NCBI GenBank assembly: GCA_963693365.1
Contig: CAVNZM010000010.1
Span: 1,426,001 to 1,490,000 of the forward strand
DNA: 64,000 bases
Source: Amoebidium appalachense
Lineage: Eukaryota > Protista > Ichthyosporea
Direction of reading: 5' to 3'
Shown one piece after another: positions 1-37,984 of this stretch (position 1 is its first letter; the number at the start of each line of letters is the position of its first letter). Below the pieces are notes generated by a model, which saw only the letters and a list, made by a program, of their open reading frames with translations, ran no database searches and was not told the DNA's origin. The translations under genes were made by a program, and so were the position numbers.

Positions 1-104
1 TAGACACATGTGCACACTGCGACACACTGTGACACTCGCACAATGTTCCCTTTTTGAACCAGAAAGCACAGAAACAGTTTTTGCGCTGTTTTACTTCAAG
101 AGCG

Positions 105-275
105 CACGTTTATATCTCGTCATCATACAAGAAACGGCAGCCTAATTAGGCCAAATATTGCCTAGTGCAATAAGTATTATGTTCTATGGAGACGTTTATA
201 TCTCGTTATCATACAAGAAACGGCAGCCTAATTAGCCAAATATTGCCTAGTGTAATAAGTATTATGTTCTATGGA
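105..275. repeat. Tandem duplication of an ~86-bp unit
   Basis: acgtttatatctcgt(c/t)atcatacaagaaacggcagcctaattag...aagtattatgttctatggaga occurs twice back-to-back (~105-190 and ~191-275) with 3 or so differences. Confidence 0.85.
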
Positions 276-515
276 GAAACCTCCCTATATAAAGAATTGG
301 CTGTGAGTAGTGGAATGTAAGATAGAGCATGCGGCAATGGTTATCATTAGGTTATTATGTGAAACCGTGTGAATATGGACGAATTGTGTTCATACCGAAA
401 CTGGTTTTCGGATTTTATTGCATATGTGACTTTTATGAATATAAATTTATGAATATATCTGATGTGTGATATTCTCGTTGGGCTGCCTTTGGCCGTATCA
501 GTCCGAAGTTGGTAT

Positions 516-909
516 TTTTATTTCTTATTTATCCCGTTTCACTCCCGGCGAGGCACTGCCTCAGGGGAGCTTACCGTCTTCCGCCTAGACACAGATCGTA
601 CTGTATAGTACACTCATAAGTCAGGATTCTAATTGACCCCAACTGGCACTATTTTTAGTTACACCTTATCCCACGGTTCTAGCCGCAGCAACGCTAGTAG
701 GGAAGTGAGCACAGCTCACTTTAACAACACCAGCCGGGAGCGACCCGGGACACATACACAAACATAAAGACTTGAAAGGGAAGACCCCATGCCCAGGACG
801 CTGACCCGAACCGTGGCCGGTGACTCGGATTGGTCTCCCACTTGAACGTTGGGCCGGGATACCCAAGCGGCGCGCCGTCGACGTCAGAGGGCCGGTGCTG
901 TTCATGACG
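516..909 (-). mobile_element. SINE-like or short non-LTR retroposed insert (~394 bp) with 18-bp target-site duplication
   Basis: Perfect direct repeat tcagtccgaagttggtat at 498-515 and 910-927. A T-rich run at ~516-530 reads as an A-rich 3' tail on the minus strand. A stem-loop (ctccc-gaggca/tgcctc-gggag, ~542-569) sits just before the tail. Confidence 0.7.
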
Positions 910-2660
910 TCAGTCCGAAGTTGGTATATTTTAGGCATATATCGCGGATATCAATGTAAGCGGCTTCAACAAAACAGAATTTCCAGACATATATCTTGGA
1001 TATCAGAAATTTTTGGTTTTGCGACTTTGAAACAGATTTTCAAGACATGTATCAAGACATGTATCATAAAGATTTATACAGTCTATAATTTGGGAAGCGG
1101 TGTGAGCACAGCCCGTCGTGTGCATGTGTGGCTTACAGTAACTGCGTTTTCCAGCACGGCCACACACTTGATGACGGGCGCCACAGGCGCCCCAAGCTAT
1201 ATATATACATATACACCGGAGTACGGGATAATTATACACCATTGTCAAAATGTTTTTACGGTTTCGGAACCACATTTCACTGGGTCGGACATATATCATG
1301 GATATCAAAAAGATTATCCAACTTCGATGTATGGGCTGCAGCACAAAAATGCTTCGAAATCGCATGGTTATGCTCTTCTCAGACAGACCAGTTTGTTTGA
1401 GAGGCGAGATATTCTTTTTCCTCCCAGGCCTAATTGTGTACTAGTATGGATCCTCCCTGCCATTAATATTCTCCACCATTAAAATCAATAGTGGGAAAGC
1501 TGGGTTATTTTTAAAAAAAATTATGCCTGCAGCCAGAATTTTGGATGATCTTATTAGCGGACACATTGACAAATCACTCTGGAGCATGCATGAATATGCA
1601 TGGAATGTGCATGGCAAGAGGAGGGGAATAGCCAAGCACGATGCAGAAGAGATATGAAATAGAGGCTCGAGCTCAAACACAAACTTTTGAAAACACGGCG
1701 GTGGTCCGACAAAACATTGGTTCTGTGTCATGCTCCCTTTTTGCCCGGCCTGCTGCAGATGCACGAATATTGAGCTCTCGGGGAGCCCCCCCCTCCCCCC
1801 CCCTCGCCTTCACCTCCGGCAGAGGCCAAAAATAAAATTTTGACAGCGGCTTTTGAAATTTGATACTATGCCCAACAACCCGGCCCAAACTTTGTTGGGG
1901 GGGGGGGGGGGGGGGGGGGGGGGGTTGAATGGTGGAAGGCATCTGTATGTAGTTAGAGTCGTTAACCGTTAACAGTGTGTTGGTTTGGCTAATTCAACTC
2001 TAATTAATTAATAAGGGCACGTGGGTACGTACAGTCAACGAGAAACGTTAAAGGCGGTTTCTTTTAGGCCGATTAATTGTCCCCATTCCAGCACATCCGG
2101 ATCAAGCCATTTGTTCAGCATATAAATCATGATATGAATTGCAATATTCTTCCTAGCGCTTTATTATCATTATTCCGAAGTTCTTTCTTTTTCTTTTCCT
2201 TTCTTTTTCTTTTTTGTTGTATTATATCGCATCTGTACCTTGCTGCCGGCAAAACGATGGTGCGCAGCTGATGCGCAGCACACCAATCATATAGCTATAA
2301 TCCTCTCTGACCCGACCCGGCCCGAAATTTCCTAAAAGAAACCCCCTTTGATGCCGAATGATTAGTCAATGAGGCATCAATCAAACCCAGTTCACCTGGC
2401 AGTGCGGGGAATTTCAAATTTACAGGAAATGTTACCACAAAGGTTTATTTTGGGAGATAATATATAGATTTCAAGTCACATTGTCAACACAATTGTCTGA
2501 TGATGTGCACAATGAATACTACGAAGTTGCCATAGCGACTGTGATCACAAACAAAAGACTAATCGATTGATTGACGGGTTGGTTGTGGGTTTGCTGGTGC
2601 TGGTGAACCGTTTGCTGGATCGAGGTTTTTTTTTCTTTTCTTTCTTTCTTTCTTCTTTTT

Positions 2661-2712
<52 letters not shown>

Positions 2713-2730
2713 GAGGGGGGGTGGGGGGGT

Positions 2731-2769
<39 letters not shown>

Positions 2770-2880
2770 GGGGGGGTTAAGGCGGGAGATGTAGCAGTGC
2801 TTGCGGAATTTTTTATATATAATGGCTTTAGTGATGTGCTCATGCAGAAAAGGAGATATCGGAATTGTGGGTTCGATTAA

Positions 2881-3140
2881 ACAAACCTCCGTATCTACCA
2901 TTTTAGACAAAATCGAGGATGATCCGATCGAGGATTTCGGATGGCCCCGTCGCGGCTCTTGAAATTCTCGAATCAACCAAGCGATCGACGTCATGACGTC
3001 ATTCTGACGATTTGTTTACAAATGACGTCACATCCTCGATCGATATGTTCGAGCATTTCAATAGCCGCAACGGGGCCATCCGAAATCCTCGATCGGATCA
3101 TCCTCGGTCGGGGCATAAAATGGTAGATACGGATGTTGGT
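2881..3140. mobile_element. Fold-back MITE (260 bp) flanked by TTAA
   Basis: Left arm (acaaacctccgtatctaccatttta...cgaggatgatccgatcgaggatttcggatggccccgt...ttgaaat) is the near-perfect reverse complement of the right arm (atttcaatagccgcaacggggccatccgaaatcctcgatcggatcatcctcg...taaaatggtagatacggatgttggt). TTAA at 2877-2880 and 3141-3144. Confidence 0.8.
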
Positions 3141-3594
3141 TTAAGTGTGTGTGTGTGTGGCAAATTTAACGGTGTCCCCAGGGCAGAGGGGGGGGGGGGG
3201 GGGGAGGGGGGGGGGGGGAGGGGGGGGGGGGGGGGATGTGATGAATTTGAAGCCTGTGTTAAAGACGTTGTTGCTCAGTAATACTGTAACGGTGTACCGC
3301 CAAGCAAGGCAATATAATTCGCTAGACTGGCACGGCGGAACACCGGGGAGATGTGTTCAAAATCCAGCGTGCACGGTGGTAGTGACACTGCATGCATGCA
3401 TGGGGGTGTGACTGTGTCTGTGTGTGTGTGTGTGTGTGTCACACCGTGTTAATTAGCACCCATGCCGCCACAAACCAACATGTTTCCGACTCTTCAATTG
3501 ATCAGCCTTTCTGGTGTAGCTGGTGCGTGTGGGGAGGGGTGGGGAGGTGGATCCGACGTCGACTCACTGCATGGAGAGAGGAGAGGGGGAGGAG

Positions 3595-3627
<33 letters not shown>

Positions 3628-4103
3628 GGGCTGAGAAGGGGGAGGGGGGATCTGAGAGTATTTGGGCCATGTGATCACTAAGCTATATGCAATGTGCGCC
3701 TGTCGTGTTTGCATACTATTAGTTAAGACATATATGTGTGTGTAGAACCAGTTTACCTTAAATATACATTTCAGTTTTAGTTTTATTTTTATTACTTGCG
3801 CCTATAATCTGAGATTGGCACACATGAGGTGACACATGACACAAGTCTCGTTTACAATAAATGCTCCCACCGAAAACGGTGTGGGAAGATGTTTTTGTGT
3901 CACGATGTGTGATTTCAGGCGTGTCTAAACACATGGCATTGATATAACATTATACTCCTTTCCATGCAATATTTTGATGTTGTGACCTTACTGAATATGT
4001 GTGTAGTCCAAAAGAGACTAAGACTAAAGATAATAAAGGTACTGTGATCATGAATGCGGGCAATCCTTAAGTTCCGGAAACCTTAAGATGAGCTGATACG
4101 AAA

Positions 4104-4181
<78 letters not shown>

Positions 4182-4547
4182 ATGTGCCTCTAATATCAGA
4201 TGTCTAATCAAGCAGGTTTTTCAACGGATTTACGAACACTCGCATGTTACTTAGAACCCATCCTTCAAAAAACAAACAACACACCGACACAAACGAAACC
4301 CCAAACAATACAACTGACACACACACAAAAATCTAATAAATCAATCAAAGTCCTTCCTCTAAGTGTATACACCTAATATTTTCACCGTTTACTAAGCCAA
4401 ACCTCCCCCCCTTCCCCCTCCCCCCCCCCCCCCCCCCCCCCCCCAACCCCCGCCTTTTACGATTAGGTTTGCCGATCCCCCCCTCCCCCTCCCCCTCCCT
4501 ATCCCTATCCCACCCTCTCTCCACTTTAACACTTCAACTTGCCCCTC

Positions 4548-16523
<11,976 letters not shown>

Positions 16524-17581
16524 TTTCTTTCAGTTCCTATTAGCAACTTCTGTCTACATCAAAAGCCTGCTTTCGTTAGCATTCTGGCGCGGGTTGTCGC
16601 CCCTTTTCACACGGTTAACCCTTCTTATAGAGCATACAGCTGGCCTAAGTATCTTCAAAATTTACACTTAATTATTACAAGAGATTATACTTGGGCATAC
16701 TAGCAAGAGATTAACTTGAGCATACTACGCGTACGAGGTTTGAACACGTTGCAAAGCTCCACACGTAAGAAAAAGTCACACGATTTTGACACAAAAATGC
16801 CGTGCGCAAATTATTTCGTTCCAGTTCATAACAACTTCGGTAAAACTCATAATTTATACGGTATATACATCTTTGACAATTGGTCAAAACAGGCTAGTTA
16901 ACTGTTAACATTTTAAGAGTGTCGCGATTCAAGAATTAAAAAAGTTATAATCATAAAAGGCTAGATACGCATTCTTTTATCCCTTTTGAGTGAGACATTT
17001 CCAGCCCTGCTAAAAAATTCAGGCCTGAAAGCACTCAGAGAGCTCAGACTCATCAGGGATATCGATACTGTAGCATTGTAAAGAACTCAGTCATTTACCC
17101 ATTGCTTTATAGTACAATGAATATCAAAGAAACTGGCTTACAATGGTGGCGGGCAAGAAGTTTATAAAAACGACAAGGACTCTCGCTTGCCGGGTGTTTT
17201 TGGCCGTGCGGGGCTGGCATGCATGCGCCCCCGGGAACTCGAATCTACGGTTGCTCCTGAAGAATGCTGACAGGGTATGCAGTCATAGCAGGCTGATAAA
17301 TCATTGACGTTTCCCTCCAATAAAAGGCCCAGAATCCGCCATTTTCATTCACACTGCTGCTTTTATAGTCTAGTCATTAAGTATTACGTGTCTATAAGGA
17401 GCTTTATAAACGTTATAGTGCAGGAGCGTCTCAGAAGCGTTCTCGTTCCACGGTCAGGCAGCTCACTCTTGAGTCCCGTTAGAGCGGGATTTCAGGATCG
17501 ATCGGATTGGTGGGGAACGAACAGCTAGTTTTTGCTGATTTATGATTGGGGTTCGACGCACCAAATCAGAGGAGGGCAAAA

Positions 17582-17643
<62 letters not shown>

Positions 17644-18441
17644 CCCTCCTTCGGATCCACATAGCTATCGAGCTCCGGCCCTTTTTTCCGGATATATAAT
17701 GCTACATGTATGCATTTTGTCGAAAGGCATGCTAGGATGTCCCGGAAGCGAGTTACAGAAATTCAAAGAATTCCGCTGATTCCGTTTGCTTGACGACATG
17801 TACGTCCAGTGTCCGAATCAAGTCAAGCAAGTACCTTGCAATTGCAACCTGTTGTTGTTGCATACAACACAACACTTCGAGGGGGTACATTTATTTTTCT
17901 ATTTATACTTCAACCATCTTGTAATATATATATTTATAAAGATGAACAAAAATCTAGTTGTTTGTAGATGGTGTAATAATTCATATATACTACAACAGCC
18001 GGGGTACCTGCCCCACATTCAAATTGAGATCTCAAGTTGACATGCACACCTTATCATAACCATTCAAGTCAATGAATGTGCACGCATAAGATCCGGGAAT
18101 TGCATAAAAAGTGAACGTTACATGTTGCAGGTCTTAATATATTACCACATGTTGCCTATTTACATATCTCAGATTTCATGTACACATTTGTCACACTGTC
18201 TGGGCTTAATCTTGAGATAATCGCGCAGAGTTATATAAACATTCCCTTCCACAATGATACACACCGACATTTCGACACGGAGGGAGGGAAAAAGAAAGAA
18301 AGCAAGAAAGAGCTCAAAGAACGAGAAGAAGAAAAACCTTCAGACCACTCCATATACTCAACATGTACTAGTCACAAACGGGCACCATATGCTTCTGCGA
18401 AGTGTCTGTCACGTGTGCATGTGCATGTGCATGTGCATGTG

Positions 18442-18509
<68 letters not shown>

Positions 18510-19311
18510 CGCGTGCGCGTGCGTGCGTGTGTGTGTGTGTGTGTGTATTGTGCTGTGTGTTGTACGCGCGCGCGTGCGCTGTGTGTGCTTGTATGTGTGT
18601 GTGTGTGCAATAGGCTCGATGTATATGTGCACGTGTCTCCACGTATGTGCCTCTATACCTGTGAATGCGGAAGTACGCGTGTGATATCACTTCTGCCTGT
18701 TTGAACTTCAACAACCCTTACAACCCTTCGTCCAACCTGCCAACAATATAAAATCCCATGCCCCTATTACATATCTGTCTGCAACCCAACAACCTCTCTC
18801 TGTCTGCACGTGTGTGCCCTTGGCCAAAAAGGTACAACCGCGCACACATTGCACCCATTCGACAAAATGACGATGGAACACACAACTGAAGCAAACATCA
18901 TATAATCGGCACAGAAAAAAACACAATAGAGGGGGCAAAAAAAAGACAAAAAAGGAGGGGAAACGGAGGACAAGGCAAACCATTTCGGTATCCAATTATA
19001 AACCCTGGACCCACCTGGATGGAAGAGTACTTTTCTGGTGCCAGCACTGTGACCTCAGCCCCCCCTCCCTTCCCCCCCTTCATGCATATGCCGACAACAA
19101 AAAGCCTCCTCCCCCCTCCCCTTTCACTCATTAATAGGTGCACCTTCACCGGGCTGTGTGGCCACCGACATATTTCTTCCCGGCTGCGACGAATCCACAC
19201 CTATCTGCAGATACCAACGAATAACATTAGTCTCCTTCCACCCCCCCCCCCCCCCCCCCCCCCCCCCCACCCTCCTTCTCCCCCCCCCCGCCCATTCTCT
19301 GCTCAACCCAC

Positions 19312-32749
<13,438 letters not shown>

Positions 32750-33685
32750 GATGAGTCGAGCGAAAGATTACTTCAAGGACTACGTCAAGGATAATGGTCG
32801 TTGCAACGGCTAAAACGAACATAAAGAAAACACGTTGAAAGAGACTGTAGCAGAGAAAAAAAATGAATTTCGATATGTGTACAAGTAATTTCAATCTTGT
32901 CACTTATGCTATCGGCAACAGAACGATAAGACGCACCCCAGACTGATGTGGGGCTGTGTAAAGATGACTGACTGTCTGGCTATAATAGCATTGAGACACT
33001 TAGTATATCGTTCATGGATTCCGAATAGACGCGAGAGATAGATCCGCTTCAGAACATATGCCGCCTTAGCAGATGTGTAGAAAGATTCGCTGGACATCAG
33101 CTGTATAGAAAATGTCCAGGCAGTGGGTTTCGACCATACACATCCCGTCATCACGCGATGACAACTAATGCTACACTCGATCATTTAACATCCTACCGGC
33201 ACCAACTGAGACTCCCTATTTAAATTCATCTTCCGCCTTTCTATTCCCACCCAAGTGCCCAGATCTTCGCACAATGTTACAAATCTGGAAACATGCCCGG
33301 TCATCCTTCTCCCACCCCAAAAAAACGTTTTGGCGCTGGCAACAAGAGATCTAGTAGTACGCACCAAGTACGCACTATCGATCTTATGCGCGTACGCGCG
33401 CCAGAGGCTCATCGGCAAATAGAAACACAGCACTGGTTTGTGTCCACGTGTAACATTTTCTTCGGTACACACTACTAACTTATGTGCATATTACACGGCT
33501 TCGTTTCTGGGGCTAAAAAGACAGTTGGAGATACTGGGGAACAGAGACTCTGGCATACTGATATGTAAATTATTGAAGCAAGAAAACAGCAGTCACTTTT
33601 GAATAAAGGGCCAGGTTGGCCTGTGTGGGAAATCTTATGATGGGATCACTAGCAATCAATCGGATAGAAGCATGTGAATGACCGT

Positions 33686-33722
<37 letters not shown>

Positions 33723-33850
33723 TAATCATGAGCGTGTTGGTGGTGTCCGGTGGTGTACATGCATATTTTTTGGTGTGTTGTGTACTTTGGGCAGGCGCGG
33801 GTGTGTGTTCGGTCACGGGGGGAGGAAGGGGAGGGGACCGGCCGGAGAGT

Positions 33851-33884
<34 letters not shown>

Positions 33885-34538
33885 GCAGGAAACCGAAAAC
33901 GTTAATACTTAGAGGCAACATGGAAAACACCGGAAGTGGAAACCAACCCGTAATTACCCTGCATCGGAAAGAGGTCTTGTCTCAAGTTCACCTTTATTGC
34001 GACTTTAAATATTTGAACATACTGACAACATTCACGCTTTCGACGTGTGGCACGACTACTTACCGTAACAGCATGTGTCATTGGGACATACATACTACAA
34101 AAAAAAGCAATCAGGCAGATATAGTGGGACGAGGTTAAACACGCGGCCACAGAACATGCTGTTTGTGTGCATCGACCTGTGTGCCTATTATGTGTTTGTG
34201 TTTGTGTGTGTGTGTGTGTGTACATGTGTGTGTGTGTGTATGCGTGTGTGTGCCTTGGAGTACGTGTGTTGTCACGAGCCCGGCAAAACCCAATTCCACA
34301 GCCATATCTCACCTCCCTAAAGCCACCACCAAAAAAAAAAGGAACAAAAAAGGCCAACAACAATAAGATATTAGCACCGAAAGAAAAATCTAGTATCAAC
34401 CCCCCTCCCCCCTGGAGGCCCGCTCCGGGGTCTTCCCGATCAATCAATACACAGAAGTCTCTGTAATTACAAAAACACACACACAAAAAAAAAAAAAGAA
34501 AAAAAAAGAAAATCCCCACCGTTCAGAATTCAACAAAC

Positions 34539-34570
<32 letters not shown>

Positions 34571-34662
34571 ACACACACACACAAAACACACACCCACCCC
34601 CCACCCCCCCAACCCCGCAAAAAAAAAAAAAAAAAAACCTCACCTCCCCCCCCTCCCCACCC

Positions 34663-35141
34663 CTACACACACTGGGGCCTATGGTTCTCCGTATCATGCC
34701 CCATACAAATCACATCGCAATAGTACGCCCCATTGCAGCTCGCACACGCCATCATCCCCTTCTTGGGCCCGCTAACCCCACACCACGTACACTTCCTCGC
34801 GTTTTTCTTTGCCTCCTTCGCACCCACCTTGATTATATCTCCCTCATCCACATGCGCTTTGTGACACGACGAATCGTCGCAAAGATAATCGGGACACGAT
34901 GGGTGATTAGCACAATCGGGGCCGAATCTCGCACCCATCGCACTCATATAATGAACGACGGATTTGAAATTTGCGGCGGCAGCGAAACAGAGGGGACGTT
35001 CCTTGGAGGAATTTTCACGGCTCAGTTCAGAGGATGAGCGGGAGCCTACGCGGCGGGCGATTTCGCGGACACATGACATGTTGCCTGTTTTGTGTATGTG
35101 TGTGTATTAGTGCGTGTTCGGAGAGGATGTGTGTGGGGAGG

Positions 35142-35183
<42 letters not shown>

Positions 35184-36154
35184 CGGGTGTGTGTGTGTGT
35201 GTGTGCGTGCATGTGGGAGGGGGCGCTCGCGCGTGTGTGTGCGTCCAGGCGCGCATGTGTTGTTCGTGATTGTGTTATTGTGTATTGTGTATTGTGTGGG
35301 TGCTGCGTGCTGTGCTGTGCTGTGCTGTGCTGTGCTGTGCTGTGCTGTGTGGTGTGTGTGTTTGTGTGTGCGTGCGTGTGCGTATGCGCGCTTGCGTGCC
35401 TGTGTGCGTGCGTGCGTGTGCCTTTAAGAAAATGTCTTCAGAAATGAAATAAGTGATGTGGTGGATTGCGGCCCTGAACACATGTTTATATGACCGATAG
35501 AAGCAAATATGCCCCACTATAGGAATGAGTATGTGAGGGGTTGATTAGAAGGGTAAGAGAAGATAGAGGAAGAAAGAGACAGTGTGAGGTAGGGATAACC
35601 GATAAAACTGCAGATTTAACACAGCACACACACAAAAAGTATGGATCATGAGCAGAAACCATCCTAAGTGGCTGTTGGTGTTGTGGGGGAAGGGGGACGA
35701 GGGGATGGGAGGGAGGAGGGGGGAAGGGGAGGGGGTAGGAGGTATGCATCAGAGGGTGGAGGGGGATCACAGAACATGGGCTGTGCGTGAAATGGAAGGG
35801 GGGGGGGGGGGGGGAAGGGGGAGGGGGGGGGGAGGGGGGGGAGGGGGGGTGATGTATGCGTTAGAGGGTTGGAAATATGAAGGAGACACCAGAGGATACC
35901 AACAAAACGTCACAAAAATGAGAAACCCGAAATAAAACAGTGTAAGTGTGCAGGCAGAAAACACTTGAACAGAGCCCATCATAATGGGGTTCCTATGCCT
36001 CCACAAAAGTATGGGTTTCGACTTTTTGACCTCTCGCACGTGGTTCCCAACCCGGAGGTATAGGTTAGGGGTAGGGTGGCGGTGGTATGTGTGTGTGGAG
36101 AGAAAGGGGATGAGTGTCACGTGTAATAGGGACGGAGGCCCCCCCGCAGGGGAA

Positions 36155-36191
<37 letters not shown>

Positions 36192-36524
36192 AATATTCTC
36201 ACCCGACTGTGCAGCCAGCATCATAGCCGTATTCCCATTCACATCCTTCGCCAACAAATCATCCCCCTTATCCGCCAACAGACTCACCAACCGCACAAAC
36301 CCCTTTGAAGCCGCAACCATAGCCGGAGTCTGTCTGTCTACGTCTGCTTGCGTCGCCGCCTTTGAAACCTTTTCTTGCTTTAGGTTCCGTGCCGTGAGAA
36401 TCCATTCGGCGAAACGGGTTTGTCCCTCCTCCAAAGCTAGGCTGAGGACTGTTGTTCCGTCTTTTTGCGGTGCGAGGGCATCTTTGGTGTTTTCCACGAG
36501 GTCTTTGGCGACCTGTAGGTGTGT

Positions 36525-36555
<31 letters not shown>

Positions 36556-36920
36556 GGGGGGGGAGGGGGGGGGGGGGGGGGGGGGGGGGGCAGGGGGATA
36601 TGTGTGTGTGTGTGTGTGTGGGATTGGGCAAGGAGCGGGGGGGGGGGGGGGGGGGGGGGTTGTGTGGGTGGGTGGGTGTGTGTGTGTGTGGGGAGGGGGG
36701 AAGGGGGGGAGGGGGGTTTTGAATGCGGAACACAGTACGAAGTACGCATACACGATGAGAAGCATGGTGCAGGACACATGCAAAGGCAAACATTCAAGTA
36801 TGCAGCATCAGCCATGCGCACAGTATGCGTCATAAGCAGAGCCCATCCTCAGGGAGGGCCCAAGTCATCAAGAAGGGGGGGGGGGGGGGGGGGGGGGGGG
36901 GGACGGGGGAGTGGGGGGAT

Positions 36921-36954
<34 letters not shown>

Positions 36955-37849
36955 GGGTGCGTGTGTCATATGTGTGTCAATGTCTGTGAGGCCCTTGGGT
37001 GATTGTGGATGTGCAGGTGGCTGGGAGTGCACGATAGAATATGGAAATGACATTTGGGAGATGTTGAAAGGGAATCAACATCAGTTTTCTTGATATTCTT
37101 CCCCCCTCCCTCCCCTCCCCCCCCCCCCACTGCCCCCCGGGGGGGGAGGAGAAGGGGAGGGGGGGGGGGGGGGGGGGGGTTGATGGGAATTTTCAGAATG
37201 TGGAACAGCACACGAAGTACACAAACAGAAAAACGGTGCAGGACACATGACGACGTATTGGCATGAAAAACCAAACATTTAGGTGTGCAGCACTAGCAAC
37301 CCGCAGAGCACAACATAAGCAGAGCCGATCCTCAAGGGGAGAGGGGGAGGGGGGAAGGTGGAAGGGGGAGGGGGGGAGGGGGGGGGGGGCAGGGGTGAAG
37401 ACGGACCCACGGAGAGGGTGAGATGAGGCGAGAGTGGGGGGGGGGAGGGGGGGGAGGGTCGAATGTGGTAAAATGCGGAGTAATAACAAAAATGAATGAT
37501 ATGCACTAAAAGAGACTAAAGAGAACTTTAAAGGTGAAGCAGAGTCAGAGAGAGAGAGGGACAAGAGTGTTTGGGTAGAGGGAAGGGGGAGGCGGGGTAG
37601 GGAAGGGGGTGGGGGGGGGGGGGGGGGGGAGGGGGGGGAGGGGGGAATGTGGTACAAAGTAGGAGCATAAGCGATGGTATGTAAGCCCCCCCAGGGGGTG
37701 CGGGGTGGAAATTTGTGATATACAGCAACATGAAAACGCATACGGCCATACGGCGGCAGCGAGAGGGCAACAAGCCCTAAACCAAAGCCACAAGAGAGAG
37801 CGATAGAGAGTGATATATGTGTGTTATTATATATATACATATATATCCA

Positions 37850-37880
<31 letters not shown>

Positions 37881-37928
37881 GGGGGGGGGGGGGGGGAGGG
37901 GGGGGGAGAGAGAGGGGGGGGGGGGGAG

Positions 37929-37984
<56 letters not shown>

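Noticed and set aside
530-580. Possible hammerhead ribozyme in the SINE 3' end (ctgag...gaaac on the minus strand)
   Set aside because: Core reads CTGAGGC rather than CTGANGA and the three stems could not be built; treated as a simple stem-loop.
820-1482. 220-aa ORF on the + strand
   Set aside because: GTG start, crosses the SINE boundary and motif repeats, no recognisable domain.
19005-19205. Additional candidate 3' exons for the arrestin-FYVE gene
   Set aside because: AG/GT pairs exist but no recognisable peptide; exon 19416-19312 already ends in an in-frame TAG. Left unresolved.
32800-33650. Non-repetitive stretch with short ORFs between the arrestin and ankyrin genes
   Set aside because: No consistent frame, splice chain or domain motif; probably promoter/UTR.
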